41,492 bases of DNA from an uncultured bacterium (GTDB taxonomy: Bacteria; CSSED10-310; CAZUFC01), in the NCBI GenBank assembly GCA_964619725.1, contig CAZUFC010000073.1:1-41492 (forward strand), in the 5' to 3' direction. Both the position numbers and the translations under genes were made by a program. The notes below the pieces were generated by a model. The model made no database searches. It was not told where the DNA came from and saw nothing but the letters and a program-made list of their open reading frames with translations. Of this stretch, positions 30,811-39,190 are shown piece after piece. Within the stretch, counting starts at the first letter, position 1, and every line of letters begins with the position of its first letter.

Positions 30811-31569
30811 ATGAACCATAAACTTTTGCGAACAATGATAATCATTCTTTTGCCGTTTCTTTTTTCTACTGCGGCAATCCAGGCCGAAGACAAAACAGAT
30901 GATGCAGAAAAGGAAAAATCGCTTGATGCCGGAAAACTGCCGCAGCCTTTCAACGATCCTACGCAGGCTGAAACCATGCCCGGAGTAAAATATGTCGAAC
31001 CGGGCGTTTTCAGTCTGGGTGAGATAATCATCAGAACGAAACAGAACACTGTGGAATTCCCTGCAGTAGTCAACATGGATAAAGGGTTGCTGGAATACAT
31101 TATAGTGGGCGATCCCGGTAAAACGCACGAAAGTCTGCTGCGGACGGACATTCAACCTTTCAGCCTTCAGGTTGCGCTGCTCCTGCTCGGCCTCGAAGGG
31201 ACTTCCGAGCCGTTGTCTGAACAGGGAGACCCTCGAACGCCTCAAGGCGATAAGATCAGAATGTACGTCAAATGGGAAAAAGAGGGAAAAGAAATGAAAT
31301 GTCCCGTCGAAAGACTGATAAAGAACAAAAATTCGGGAAAAGAGATGGGAGATACGAAATTTGTTTTTACCGGTTCAAAGGTGGAAAAAGGAATATTCGT
31401 CGCTCAGTTGGAACAATCCATAGCCGCGCTTTTCCACGATCCCCTGGCCATGATCGACAACCCTCATCCCGACGGCGTGAGCGATGAAGTGTGGTTCGTC
31501 AACGAGGAAACAACGCCCGCCGTCGGCACGCCCATGACGGTGGTTATCGAAAAAGCGGACGTCAAGTAA
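30811..31569 (+). CDS. Secreted YdjY-like domain protein
   Basis: AGGAG RBS; signal peptide (IQA-ED); LLEY....GKTHESLL, ALLLLG, FVFTGS, P.VGTP motifs. Confidence 0.65.
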   Translation: MNHKLLRTMIIILLPFLFSTAAIQAEDKTDDAEKEKSLDAGKLPQPFNDPTQAETMPGVKYVEPGVFSLGEIIIRTKQNTVEFPAVVNMDKGLLEYIIVGDPGKTHESLLRTDIQPFSLQVALLLLGLEGTSEPLSEQGDPRTPQGDKIRMYVKWEKEGKEMKCPVERLIKNKNSGKEMGDTKFVFTGSKVEKGIFVAQLEQSIAALFHDPLAMIDNPHPDGVSDEVWFVNEETTPAVGTPMTVVIEKADVK

Positions 31570-31622
31570 GATGGATCAATAATAATGATCCTTTCAGCAT
31601 CTGCCGTCCAGTATATCCGTTT

Positions 31623-32855
31623 TCAAATACCAAAGGCTTCTTTGAAGGCCTGAACCAGTCTTTCCGGTCCTTCTTCTTCCAGAATAGTGTATCGATCAGG
31701 CTTGATCTCTCCGGCAGCCCTTATCGCTTTTACGGCTTTTTCTACCGTGATGCCGTAGTTTTCCAGGTCCTGACGCGTAACGGGAAGTCCTACTTTTTGA
31801 AACGCTTCATAAAAAGCTGAGTAATTTTTGTTATGGGCTTTGGCGGAAATGAGAGCGCCTATGGCCGTGAGGATGCCGTGACTGGCGGAGGTGTCCAGTC
31901 GAAGCAGATTCTTGTAGGCGTGGTAGAATTTATGATCAAACCCGGATGCCGGCCGGGAAGAACCTGCCCGCGTCATCGCTTCTCCCGAGGCTCCCAAAGC
32001 GGCGGCCAGTGTGAGGAGAAAATAATCATCCCTCACGGAAAAACCTTCTGATATCATATGCAGGATAATGTCGCCCGCGCTTCTTGATTGCAGCAGGGCG
32101 GCATATTCGAGTTCGTCTTTTCCTTTTCGTGCTGCCAGTTCCCAATCCAAAGCAGCGGTAATGTTCGAGAGGATATCCCCTATCCCGGAACGGACCATTT
32201 CACGAAAGAAAGTCTCGGACGTTGCGCCGTGCGGCCGTATGTAACGCAGTTCAGCGATGATCCCCAGCGGCGTGTTCGTCTGTACCGTAATCTGGGCCGC
32301 CGGCAATCTGCCTTCGGGATCGATTACGGCAAAGGGCGACCCGATACCGTCATTCGCCAATGAAGTTGGAACGCTTATGCATGGAATATGAAGCTTGCGT
32401 GCAGTCAACTTTCCGCAATCTATGACCGTTCCTCCTCCCACAGCGATAATCAAGGAGGCTTTTTTCGGAGCATACAACCGTCTGTTCAACTCCTCCGGTC
32501 CCGTCGTCCAGAACCGCGGCTTCCGGCTTAATTCCTGAACGGTTTTTTCTATTTCCGAATACCTGTTGTCCGCAACGAATAAATGTCTCGGAGCGAATCC
32601 CGCTGCTCGTATATCCCTGAACAATTCCTCTCCCGCTATGCGCCACGTCGTCTCATCGGCAATAATCGCCGCATGCTTCAGAATATAAGGGTTCAAACGG
32701 TTCAGAAGATGCTCCAGTATTGACGTTTCTCCCCGCTCGATGACGACGAAACGGGGAATAATCAATTCCCGAGGTCGATGCGGCTCAAAACCCACATAAT
32801 TGCCCAACAATCGATTCACTGCCTGATCAAAAAAAACTGCCGGTAAAGATCGCAT
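31623..32855 (-). CDS. sn-glycerol-1-phosphate dehydrogenase-like protein (EgsA/AraM family)
   Basis: GGGTVIDCGK, PTSLANDGIGSP, GIGDILSNITAALDW, SSRPASGFDH, HG and PDRYTILE motifs. Confidence 0.8.
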   Translation of the reverse strand: MRSLPAVFFDQAVNRLLGNYVGFEPHRPRELIIPRFVVIERGETSILEHLLNRLNPYILKHAAIIADETTWRIAGEELFRDIRAAGFAPRHLFVADNRYSEIEKTVQELSRKPRFWTTGPEELNRRLYAPKKASLIIAVGGGTVIDCGKLTARKLHIPCISVPTSLANDGIGSPFAVIDPEGRLPAAQITVQTNTPLGIIAELRYIRPHGATSETFFREMVRSGIGDILSNITAALDWELAARKGKDELEYAALLQSRSAGDIILHMISEGFSVRDDYFLLTLAAALGASGEAMTRAGSSRPASGFDHKFYHAYKNLLRLDTSASHGILTAIGALISAKAHNKNYSAFYEAFQKVGLPVTRQDLENYGITVEKAVKAIRAAGEIKPDRYTILEEEGPERLVQAFKEAFGI

Positions 32856-33113
32856 ATATCAAACTCCATCATCACGAAAAAGAATTCCCGGTCGACGAGA
32901 ATCTTTAATTATAACGGAACAATTCCCGCATCGCGAGAATAAATAAATAATCATCCATAATAAAAAGCAAGTCAACCAGGACGAAATATTTCTCTTTCTA
33001 AGCTTTTAAAACCGGCGTAAAGTATACCCCCAAGGGAAACTGGTCCTTATACGCAAATTTATATGTGACAGACTCAGCGCTTTATTTCTGATCCAAGGCG
33101 AAATGTGTCATAG

Positions 33114-33203
33114 ATCGGGGTCGGTATCGGTATCGTAATCGAAATCGCAATCGGTACGGCAATCTCTATTGGTATCGTAATCGCTATCGGTAACGCAATC
33201 AAA
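33114..33203. repeat. Degenerate ATCGNN hexamer array (15 units)
   Basis: ATCGGG GTCGGT ATCGGT ATCGTA ATCGAA ATCGCA ... ATCAAA; its first about 27 nt are identical to the core of MITE copy A. Confidence 0.85.
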
Positions 33204-33318
33204 ACAAAACATCACCATTTGCCGTTCAGCCTTTTATATAACGCCTGACTACTAATAAAAAAAATTGCACTTCAAGGCAAAAATCACGCGCCGGCGGTGA
33301 AGCCCATACACGGTTCAA

Positions 33319-34245
33319 TCAGAGGCTTTCGCAAGCTTCAATAACCCTTCTGATGATCGCTTCTGCCATGGGAACGGGCAGAGCGTTTCCTGTTTGTCTT
33401 CGCGTCTGGTGATCGCTGCTTACTATGCGGAATTCATCCGGGAAACCCTGCAATCGAAGCATCTCTCGCGGCGTCAACCGTCTTTCGCCGTTTACCAGGA
33501 GGTAATTGTATGAAGCTCCGGCCCTGAGTGCGCAGGAATAAGGATAAGCGCTGATGTGGCCTGATTTGTTTTCATGCCATATAGTCGGTTTTTCGGTCGG
33601 TTTCAAGACGCTGTGACGTTTTTTTCTGATGTATTCCGATACGAAATATTTTTGGGGCGGCTCAGGTTCCAGAATTTCATCCAGAGATTTCATCGGAATT
33701 CCGCCGTTAGGCCATTCGAAACGAACGGGGCGGTCGAAACCCGCGATGAATATCCGTTCCCGTTTCTGCGGCAACCCGAAATCAAGCGCATTCAATACCC
33801 TGTAATCAGTCCGGTAACCCAGATTCCTCAGCACATCCAGAATTCTCGCCAGAGTGCGCCCTTTATCATGTCCCGCCAATTGTTTTACATTTTCCAGAAC
33901 GAATGCTCCAGGTTTCTTCGCCTTTAATATCCTCGCAATATCGAAAAACAGCGTGCCCCGTGTGTCGTCAAATCCTTTTCCTGTTCCGATAATGCTGAAA
34001 GGCTGGCACGGAAACCCCGCCAGCAGAATATCTTGATCGGGAACATCCGAAGCGTCTATAACCGTAACGTCGCCCGCAGGCCGCTCACCGTAATTGACCT
34101 CATACGTCTTGCGGCATTCATCATCAATATCGCTTGAAAAAACGCAGTCTGCCGTACGTCCCGCTTTACGTGCCGCCGCTTCCATCGCAATTCTGAATCC
34201 GCCTATGCCGCAGAAAAGATCAATGTATCTGATGGTTCGTTTCAC
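33319..34245 (-). CDS. dcm: DNA (cytosine-5)-methyltransferase, orphan
   Basis: DLFCGIGG, AGFPCQPFS, ENV, QKRERIF, RRLTPRE..RLQGF and QTGNA motifs; GTG start. Confidence 0.93.
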   Translation of the reverse strand: MKRTIRYIDLFCGIGGFRIAMEAAARKAGRTADCVFSSDIDDECRKTYEVNYGERPAGDVTVIDASDVPDQDILLAGFPCQPFSIIGTGKGFDDTRGTLFFDIARILKAKKPGAFVLENVKQLAGHDKGRTLARILDVLRNLGYRTDYRVLNALDFGLPQKRERIFIAGFDRPVRFEWPNGGIPMKSLDEILEPEPPQKYFVSEYIRKKRHSVLKPTEKPTIWHENKSGHISAYPYSCALRAGASYNYLLVNGERRLTPREMLRLQGFPDEFRIVSSDHQTRRQTGNALPVPMAEAIIRRVIEACESL

Positions 34246-34461
34246 ATGCCGACCTTTCGTTAAAGAGGAACCCTCAGGTTAATGTATACCCGCAGAGTCC
34301 GTTTTATCAAGGAAAATCAGGGGTTGATCGATTGTGACGGCAGCATGTCCGGATTCTGCGAATCAAGGCTTCATCCTATGTCTTCGAAATCACGCAAACA
34401 GCGCCTGACCGCTCCATAAGGTCTTCGACAGAAGCGACAAGGTTCAAGATATGAATTTTAA

Positions 34462-34624
34462 GGGACTGATAAAACCGGGGGCTGCACTTCTTTCATAACT
34501 TTTGAAAATTTGTTTCAGTAATCGGGGACGGTATCGGGATCGAAATCGGGATCGAAATCGAAACAAAATGATGGTTATTCTCTCTCGAATCGCAACTTCA
34601 AAAGACGTATTTTTAATCAATGCC
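34462..34624 (+). mobile_element. MITE copy D with perfect 8-bp TSD
   Basis: GGGACTGATAAAA ... TTTAATCAATGCC, flanked by AATTTTAA at 34454-34461 and 34625-34632. Confidence 0.85.
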
Positions 34625-34633
34625 AATTTTAAA

Positions 34634-37201
34634 TCAATATCCCCATCCGAAAGTCCAGTCGTCCCAGTCTCCGAACAGTTCTGTTCTGTCTCTGCCGGTC
34701 ATAGCCGCATACCAGACTATGCCTGATGCGGCGCCGGCATCGGGCGGCCAGGCGAATTCATCCAGGACCTGTATTTCAGTAAGCCCCGGCGTCAGATTGA
34801 TCAACGTGTAATAATCGTAATCCGTGAAGGAAGGAGCGAAATAATACACGCCGAATACGTCGAGAATGACGAACAGTGGAATTCCATCGTAAGTTTCAGG
34901 TCCGGGATTACAGACATAGACCTTGCAACTGCAGGGATGCCCCTGCTGGTAATAATGAGCGGGCATCCATAAGGAGACGCCCAGCGGACCGCATGCTTCG
35001 GTGGGAGTCGGCGGAAGGGATGTAGGAGTAATCGGTCCGGGCGAGACCGTCCCGGTGACGATCGGCGTTACAGAAGGCGGTGGAGTCGCTGTCGGGGGCG
35101 CTGGAGTGGAAGACGCGACGGCAGTCGGCGATTCGGACGGCAGCGGGGTCTCTGTCGGCGGAGGGAAAGTGGGAATTGATGTGGGCGTGGGCGGATATTC
35201 CACGGAAATGTATTCAATGTTCGTTATTCTGTTATACGCCGTAACGGTTAAGGTTAACGTCGTCTGCGCAGGCAAAGGTTCAAAAGCTAACGTGACGCAA
35301 CCGGTTTCATCCGTATAGTCCGATGCTGTAATGCAATAATCTTCAGAAAGGCACGCCAGGGCATTTTCCAGTCCTGCGCATACTTCAAATTCGGTATCGC
35401 CGATGTAAATCGATTCGGCATGCGTTATTTCCATCGCTTCAGGCGTATCCGTCCTCACCTGCAGAGATGCGTCGCCTAATATCTGAAAGGATTGAAAAGT
35501 TTTTTCGCCCCTTGCTCCATAAAGGTCTATGGAAAAACAAGCGCCGTTGTACATCAGTCCGCCGAAGGACTGAACGCTTTCATTCGTCAATAATTGTACC
35601 ATTTCATACATGGCGGCCTGAGGCGAAGCATAGTCCAAATCTGCAGACGACGCATAGACGGCAATTCCGCCCACCGGAGCGCCGTTTTCCGTATTGGTCG
35701 CTCTCATGAAGGCTTCAGCCAGGGTATCGTCAATTTCAAATTGTCCCAGATAGGGAGCCCCCAGGAAAATAAAAGGAAGCTCGAATTCATTCATTAAAGA
35801 ATAGATACAGTCTATGGTCAGGTGTCCTTCGCTGGGCGTTCCCGGAGGTACGGTAAAGGAGCTTTCGCAATCGCCGTGGGAACCGGTATTGAGTATCCCC
35901 CGGCCGTCGTTGACCGCATCCAGAAAGTCCTGCAGGGGGACAGGAGTTATGGCAAACGGCGGCGTTCCCTGTTCGTAAAGCTGATCGACCTGTGTATATG
36001 TATATTCCAGCAGCTCGCCGCGCAGTAATTCCGCCAGGTCGACATCGTTCAGCCCCAGGTATCCGTATCCTTCTCCCCAGACTGAGGCGAGTCCGGTTCC
36101 CTGGTGGAGCCAGCCTCCTCCATCGATATCGCGTTCGTAATATATGGTCCTTTCAACCTGGGTCATAAGCTCATCGACATTTCGTGCAGAAAATCGCCCT
36201 ATAAACAGATCGGGATAGGAATCATCGCCGTCGACAAGGGAGTATGCCGGGTCTGACACGGCCTGGCCCGGACAGAAATCCCGGTCGATCCTCAAGGTCG
36301 GAACCTGCGGCTCGTCCCCAACAAGTTGCACGAACGTCAAACCGTCATTCATGTCATATTGCGACTGAATAAACGCCCGGATGTCCTCGGCGCTCGAACC
36401 CACAGACGACGCTTCATATGCATCGGTTCGTATCCCCTTCTGACGCTTCCAGTCGATGTAAGGCTGAATAGCGGACATGAATTCATCATAATATATCACG
36501 ATCATTCTTCCCTGTTCTGCAACAGGCTCGTAACGGTCCTTTTCGAAATTAACAAATCGGCGTCCGTACATGTTCTTGAAATAACGATTGCATTTTCCCT
36601 TTTTAATAATTCCGGTGACCGACTCCCAGGGAACTGAAAATTCGACGCGTAAAACGATTCGATGATAAAAACGCAAAAGATGCTCTGCAGGATTAATAGC
36701 AAACGGATATATCCTCAACGTAATCCCCTGGATATCCCTTAAAATATAGCGATTCCCGATTTCAACGCACTCAGCCGGATAAAATTCATCCTTTTCGTAA
36801 ACCTCCTCGCACAAATAAGATACATCGGCAGGATCGACTTCCCGGGAAATGAATCCTTTAGAAGGAGCAATCCTCATCCTCATCTCTCTGTATTGCCGGT
36901 CGATCACTTTTACCTTCGCATCCGCATCCCGGGGCATTGCAATGCCGCGAGCGATTGAGGGCAATGCGGGGTAACCCCGGTCATGAGCGACAGCCTCTCC
37001 GGGTATCATGATTTTATGGAAATTAACTCCCTCTATCGCTGCCGGTTCCTGACTGAATTCTTTCACTATGCATTCAATCAGAACTGAGTGATCATCAGCC
37101 GATAAAACGTTGACTTCACATGCCGGCATGGCGGAAAATACGCTCTCCGACAGACCGATCAAACAAAAAAGCCCAAACATAATCGTGTTAATTCTATTCA
37201 T
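34634..37201 (-). CDS. Gingipain-like peptidase family C25 protein (propeptide, catalytic domain, Ig-like domain, P/T linker, C-terminal domain)
   Basis: Signal peptide; IAPSKG, EFYP, WKRQKG, LVGD, SDPAY, GRFSA, ERTIYYE, SHG, LGDASL.VRT motifs. Confidence 0.88.
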   Translation of the reverse strand: MNRINTIMFGLFCLIGLSESVFSAMPACEVNVLSADDHSVLIECIVKEFSQEPAAIEGVNFHKIMIPGEAVAHDRGYPALPSIARGIAMPRDADAKVKVIDRQYREMRMRIAPSKGFISREVDPADVSYLCEEVYEKDEFYPAECVEIGNRYILRDIQGITLRIYPFAINPAEHLLRFYHRIVLRVEFSVPWESVTGIIKKGKCNRYFKNMYGRRFVNFEKDRYEPVAEQGRMIVIYYDEFMSAIQPYIDWKRQKGIRTDAYEASSVGSSAEDIRAFIQSQYDMNDGLTFVQLVGDEPQVPTLRIDRDFCPGQAVSDPAYSLVDGDDSYPDLFIGRFSARNVDELMTQVERTIYYERDIDGGGWLHQGTGLASVWGEGYGYLGLNDVDLAELLRGELLEYTYTQVDQLYEQGTPPFAITPVPLQDFLDAVNDGRGILNTGSHGDCESSFTVPPGTPSEGHLTIDCIYSLMNEFELPFIFLGAPYLGQFEIDDTLAEAFMRATNTENGAPVGGIAVYASSADLDYASPQAAMYEMVQLLTNESVQSFGGLMYNGACFSIDLYGARGEKTFQSFQILGDASLQVRTDTPEAMEITHAESIYIGDTEFEVCAGLENALACLSEDYCITASDYTDETGCVTLAFEPLPAQTTLTLTVTAYNRITNIEYISVEYPPTPTSIPTFPPPTETPLPSESPTAVASSTPAPPTATPPPSVTPIVTGTVSPGPITPTSLPPTPTEACGPLGVSLWMPAHYYQQGHPCSCKVYVCNPGPETYDGIPLFVILDVFGVYYFAPSFTDYDYYTLINLTPGLTEIQVLDEFAWPPDAGAASGIVWYAAMTGRDRTELFGDWDDWTFGWGY

Positions 37202-37618
37202 GATACTTCCTCTTTCCTGTAATTATTACAGCCTCGGTTGTTCTTCCTTCATTTATATTATGACATTTCGAATCGAAAACAAAATATCGCGGAAGAAAAG
37301 CAATCAGGATTGAAACAAACGAACAGTTAATTCTTCAACAAGGAAAAACAGGTAAGAATCAAAATAGTCCATTGCGGGTCCAAATTCAAACAAAGTCAAT
37401 TGGAAAAATCCTGATGACCGGAACATTGCGCATAGAAACGACGACTGAAAACTTGCATCCGCATCAAAATCGAGCGAAACTCGAAAGACAAATATTTGAT
37501 CAGGACCATTGTTGCTCTCAAAGCCTCGATAGAAATTGCCGACTGGTTGCGGGGATAAGATAGACATTTCGTTGACCTTTAATTCGCCGATACAGCTCAG
37601 GGTGATCGGAAACCTTAA

Positions 37619-37724
37619 TGGAAAGCGGCAGGATGCCGCTTCTACTTTCACTTCGTTCTTTTTTTCGGATTTATGCGCGTATCTATTTGGTTTTTTTAAT
37701 CTAAACGCGGCATCCTGCCGCGTT
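37619..37724. repeat. REP doublet (second copy)
   Basis: TGGAAAGCGGCAGGATGCCGCTTCTACTTT is identical to 26-55; inverted partner AACGCGGCATCCTGCCGCGTT at 37704-37724. Confidence 0.8.
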
Positions 37725-37957
37725 CCGTATAGCTTTAGGCAAACCCCTCCGCTGTCGATCCGAAGCTGAGGTTCGCGATGAATCCCCTAACTCAGGCCGT
37801 TAAACGGTAAACGGCTGCCGTAAATTCGTTAACGCAGTCAGGCAAAGATACTTGACGCAGCGCATATGACTGATGTTCCCCAGCGGTTAATTTCAATCTG
37901 CTAACGTTCGGTGTTGCTAATTTGCCGGCTTAAATTCGGAATATTTCCGCGAAGGGA

Positions 37958-38929
37958 ATGCAAACAGAAAACAACACTCAAAACTCATCAGTGGTACTGC
38001 TTGATCCACCGCCCAAACCCCAACTTTCCCGAATATCTCAATTCCAGGCACTCATCGATCAGTTCATCGCATCCCAGGACATTGCCAAATCATCCAAGGA
38101 GACTTACCGGAAAGCCCTCAAACAGTTCGTTTCCTGGTTGGATGAAACCTGTCGCCTGGATCACCCTTCGCAACTCCAGCGGGAAGATATCCTGGCATAC
38201 CGGGATTTCCTGAAAGCTGAGAATCGCAGCTCGTACACAGTCTCGAATTATCTGACACCGGTTCGCAAGCTCTTCGAGTGGCTGGAATCGGAGAAAATCT
38301 ATCCAAACATCGCCAGGAATGTGAAAGGTGCGAAAAAGGCGCGGGGATTCCGGAAGGACTGCCTGACACCGGAACAGATTCGGGAAGCCCTGGATTCCAT
38401 CGACACATCGACTCAGGATGGATTGAGAGATTATGCTCTGTTCAATCTCCTGGTGCGAACCGGTCTTCGTACGATTGAGATTATCAGGGCAACCGTTGGG
38501 GATGTCCGGCAGCAGTCAGGCGAAGCGGTTCTCTGGATTCAGGGAAAAGGTCGAGATGACAAAGATGACTTCGTGCTGCTTTTGCCGGATGCCCTTAGGC
38601 CAATCAACCGATATCTGGCATCAAGGGGGAAGCTATCTGCTAATGATCCCATGTTCTCATCTCACTCCAACCGGAATAACGGCACCGCCCTCACAACCCG
38701 AAGCATCCGCCGGATCATTAAAAACATCCTCCGATCAATAGATATCGACAGTGACCGGTTATCAGCTCACAGTCTCCGGCACACAGCGGTTACTCTGAGT
38801 ATCAAGGGCGGAGCCACCCTCCAACAAGCCCAGGCAATGGCACGGCATTCCGATCCCAAGACCACGATGGTCTACTTCCATAACCTGGATCGGATTAATT
38901 CCGGTGCTGAACGGTTCATTCAGTTCTAA
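37958..38929 (+). CDS. Tyrosine recombinase/integrase
   Basis: N-terminal core-binding domain; catalytic TGLR, GKG, AHSLRHT, ARH and TTMVY residues all present. Confidence 0.93.
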   Translation: MQTENNTQNSSVVLLDPPPKPQLSRISQFQALIDQFIASQDIAKSSKETYRKALKQFVSWLDETCRLDHPSQLQREDILAYRDFLKAENRSSYTVSNYLTPVRKLFEWLESEKIYPNIARNVKGAKKARGFRKDCLTPEQIREALDSIDTSTQDGLRDYALFNLLVRTGLRTIEIIRATVGDVRQQSGEAVLWIQGKGRDDKDDFVLLLPDALRPINRYLASRGKLSANDPMFSSHSNRNNGTALTTRSIRRIIKNILRSIDIDSDRLSAHSLRHTAVTLSIKGGATLQQAQAMARHSDPKTTMVYFHNLDRINSGAERFIQF

Positions 38930-38980
38930 TTGCCTGATATCAATTCAATATCACTGAAAAATACTCCTGAGAAGTCTCAG

Positions 38981-39015
38981 ATTGAAGCAAATCGCCATTT
39001 TTGGGGTGCTTCAAT
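38981..39015. terminator. Possible hairpin between convergent genes
   Basis: ATTGAAGCA ... TGCTTCAAT 9-bp stem; long loop and no clear U-tract. Confidence 0.3.
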
Positions 39016-39190
39016 GGCTGAATAGCCCGACCTTAGCGATTTCCCAGAAGTAATTCAATAAAATCAGTGATTTATATGGTATAATTTTATATGAAATTTG
39101 TTTTTCATTTAAAAAAGTGGCTGAGAATCGATTTGAGCTGTCTTACAGATTGTCTATCCGTGAAAAGCTAATCAGGTTTTGTCACTAAAA

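Noticed and set aside
33114-33203. CRISPR array
   Set aside because: 6-bp period with no repeat-spacer structure, and no cas genes in the window.
34444-34726. Short ORFs with RDRNRDRN / RFRSRFRS repeats
   Set aside because: Translation artefacts of the MITE hexamer core.
35000-35195. Low-complexity GC-rich repeats
   Set aside because: Explained by the Pro/Thr linker of the C25 protein.
37304-37769. Short ORFs before the integrase; checked as a possible RAYT remnant
   Set aside because: They overlap REP palindromes and show no HUH or other RAYT motifs.
37768-37788. tRNA T-loop-like GGTTCG...AATCCC as an att site
   Set aside because: Interrupted motif with no cloverleaf or CCA end.
39070-39098. 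dif-like AT-rich site after the integrase
   Set aside because: TTATATGAAAT matches the XerD arm at 9/11, but there is no XerC arm at 6-bp spacing; plausible by chance in AT-rich DNA.
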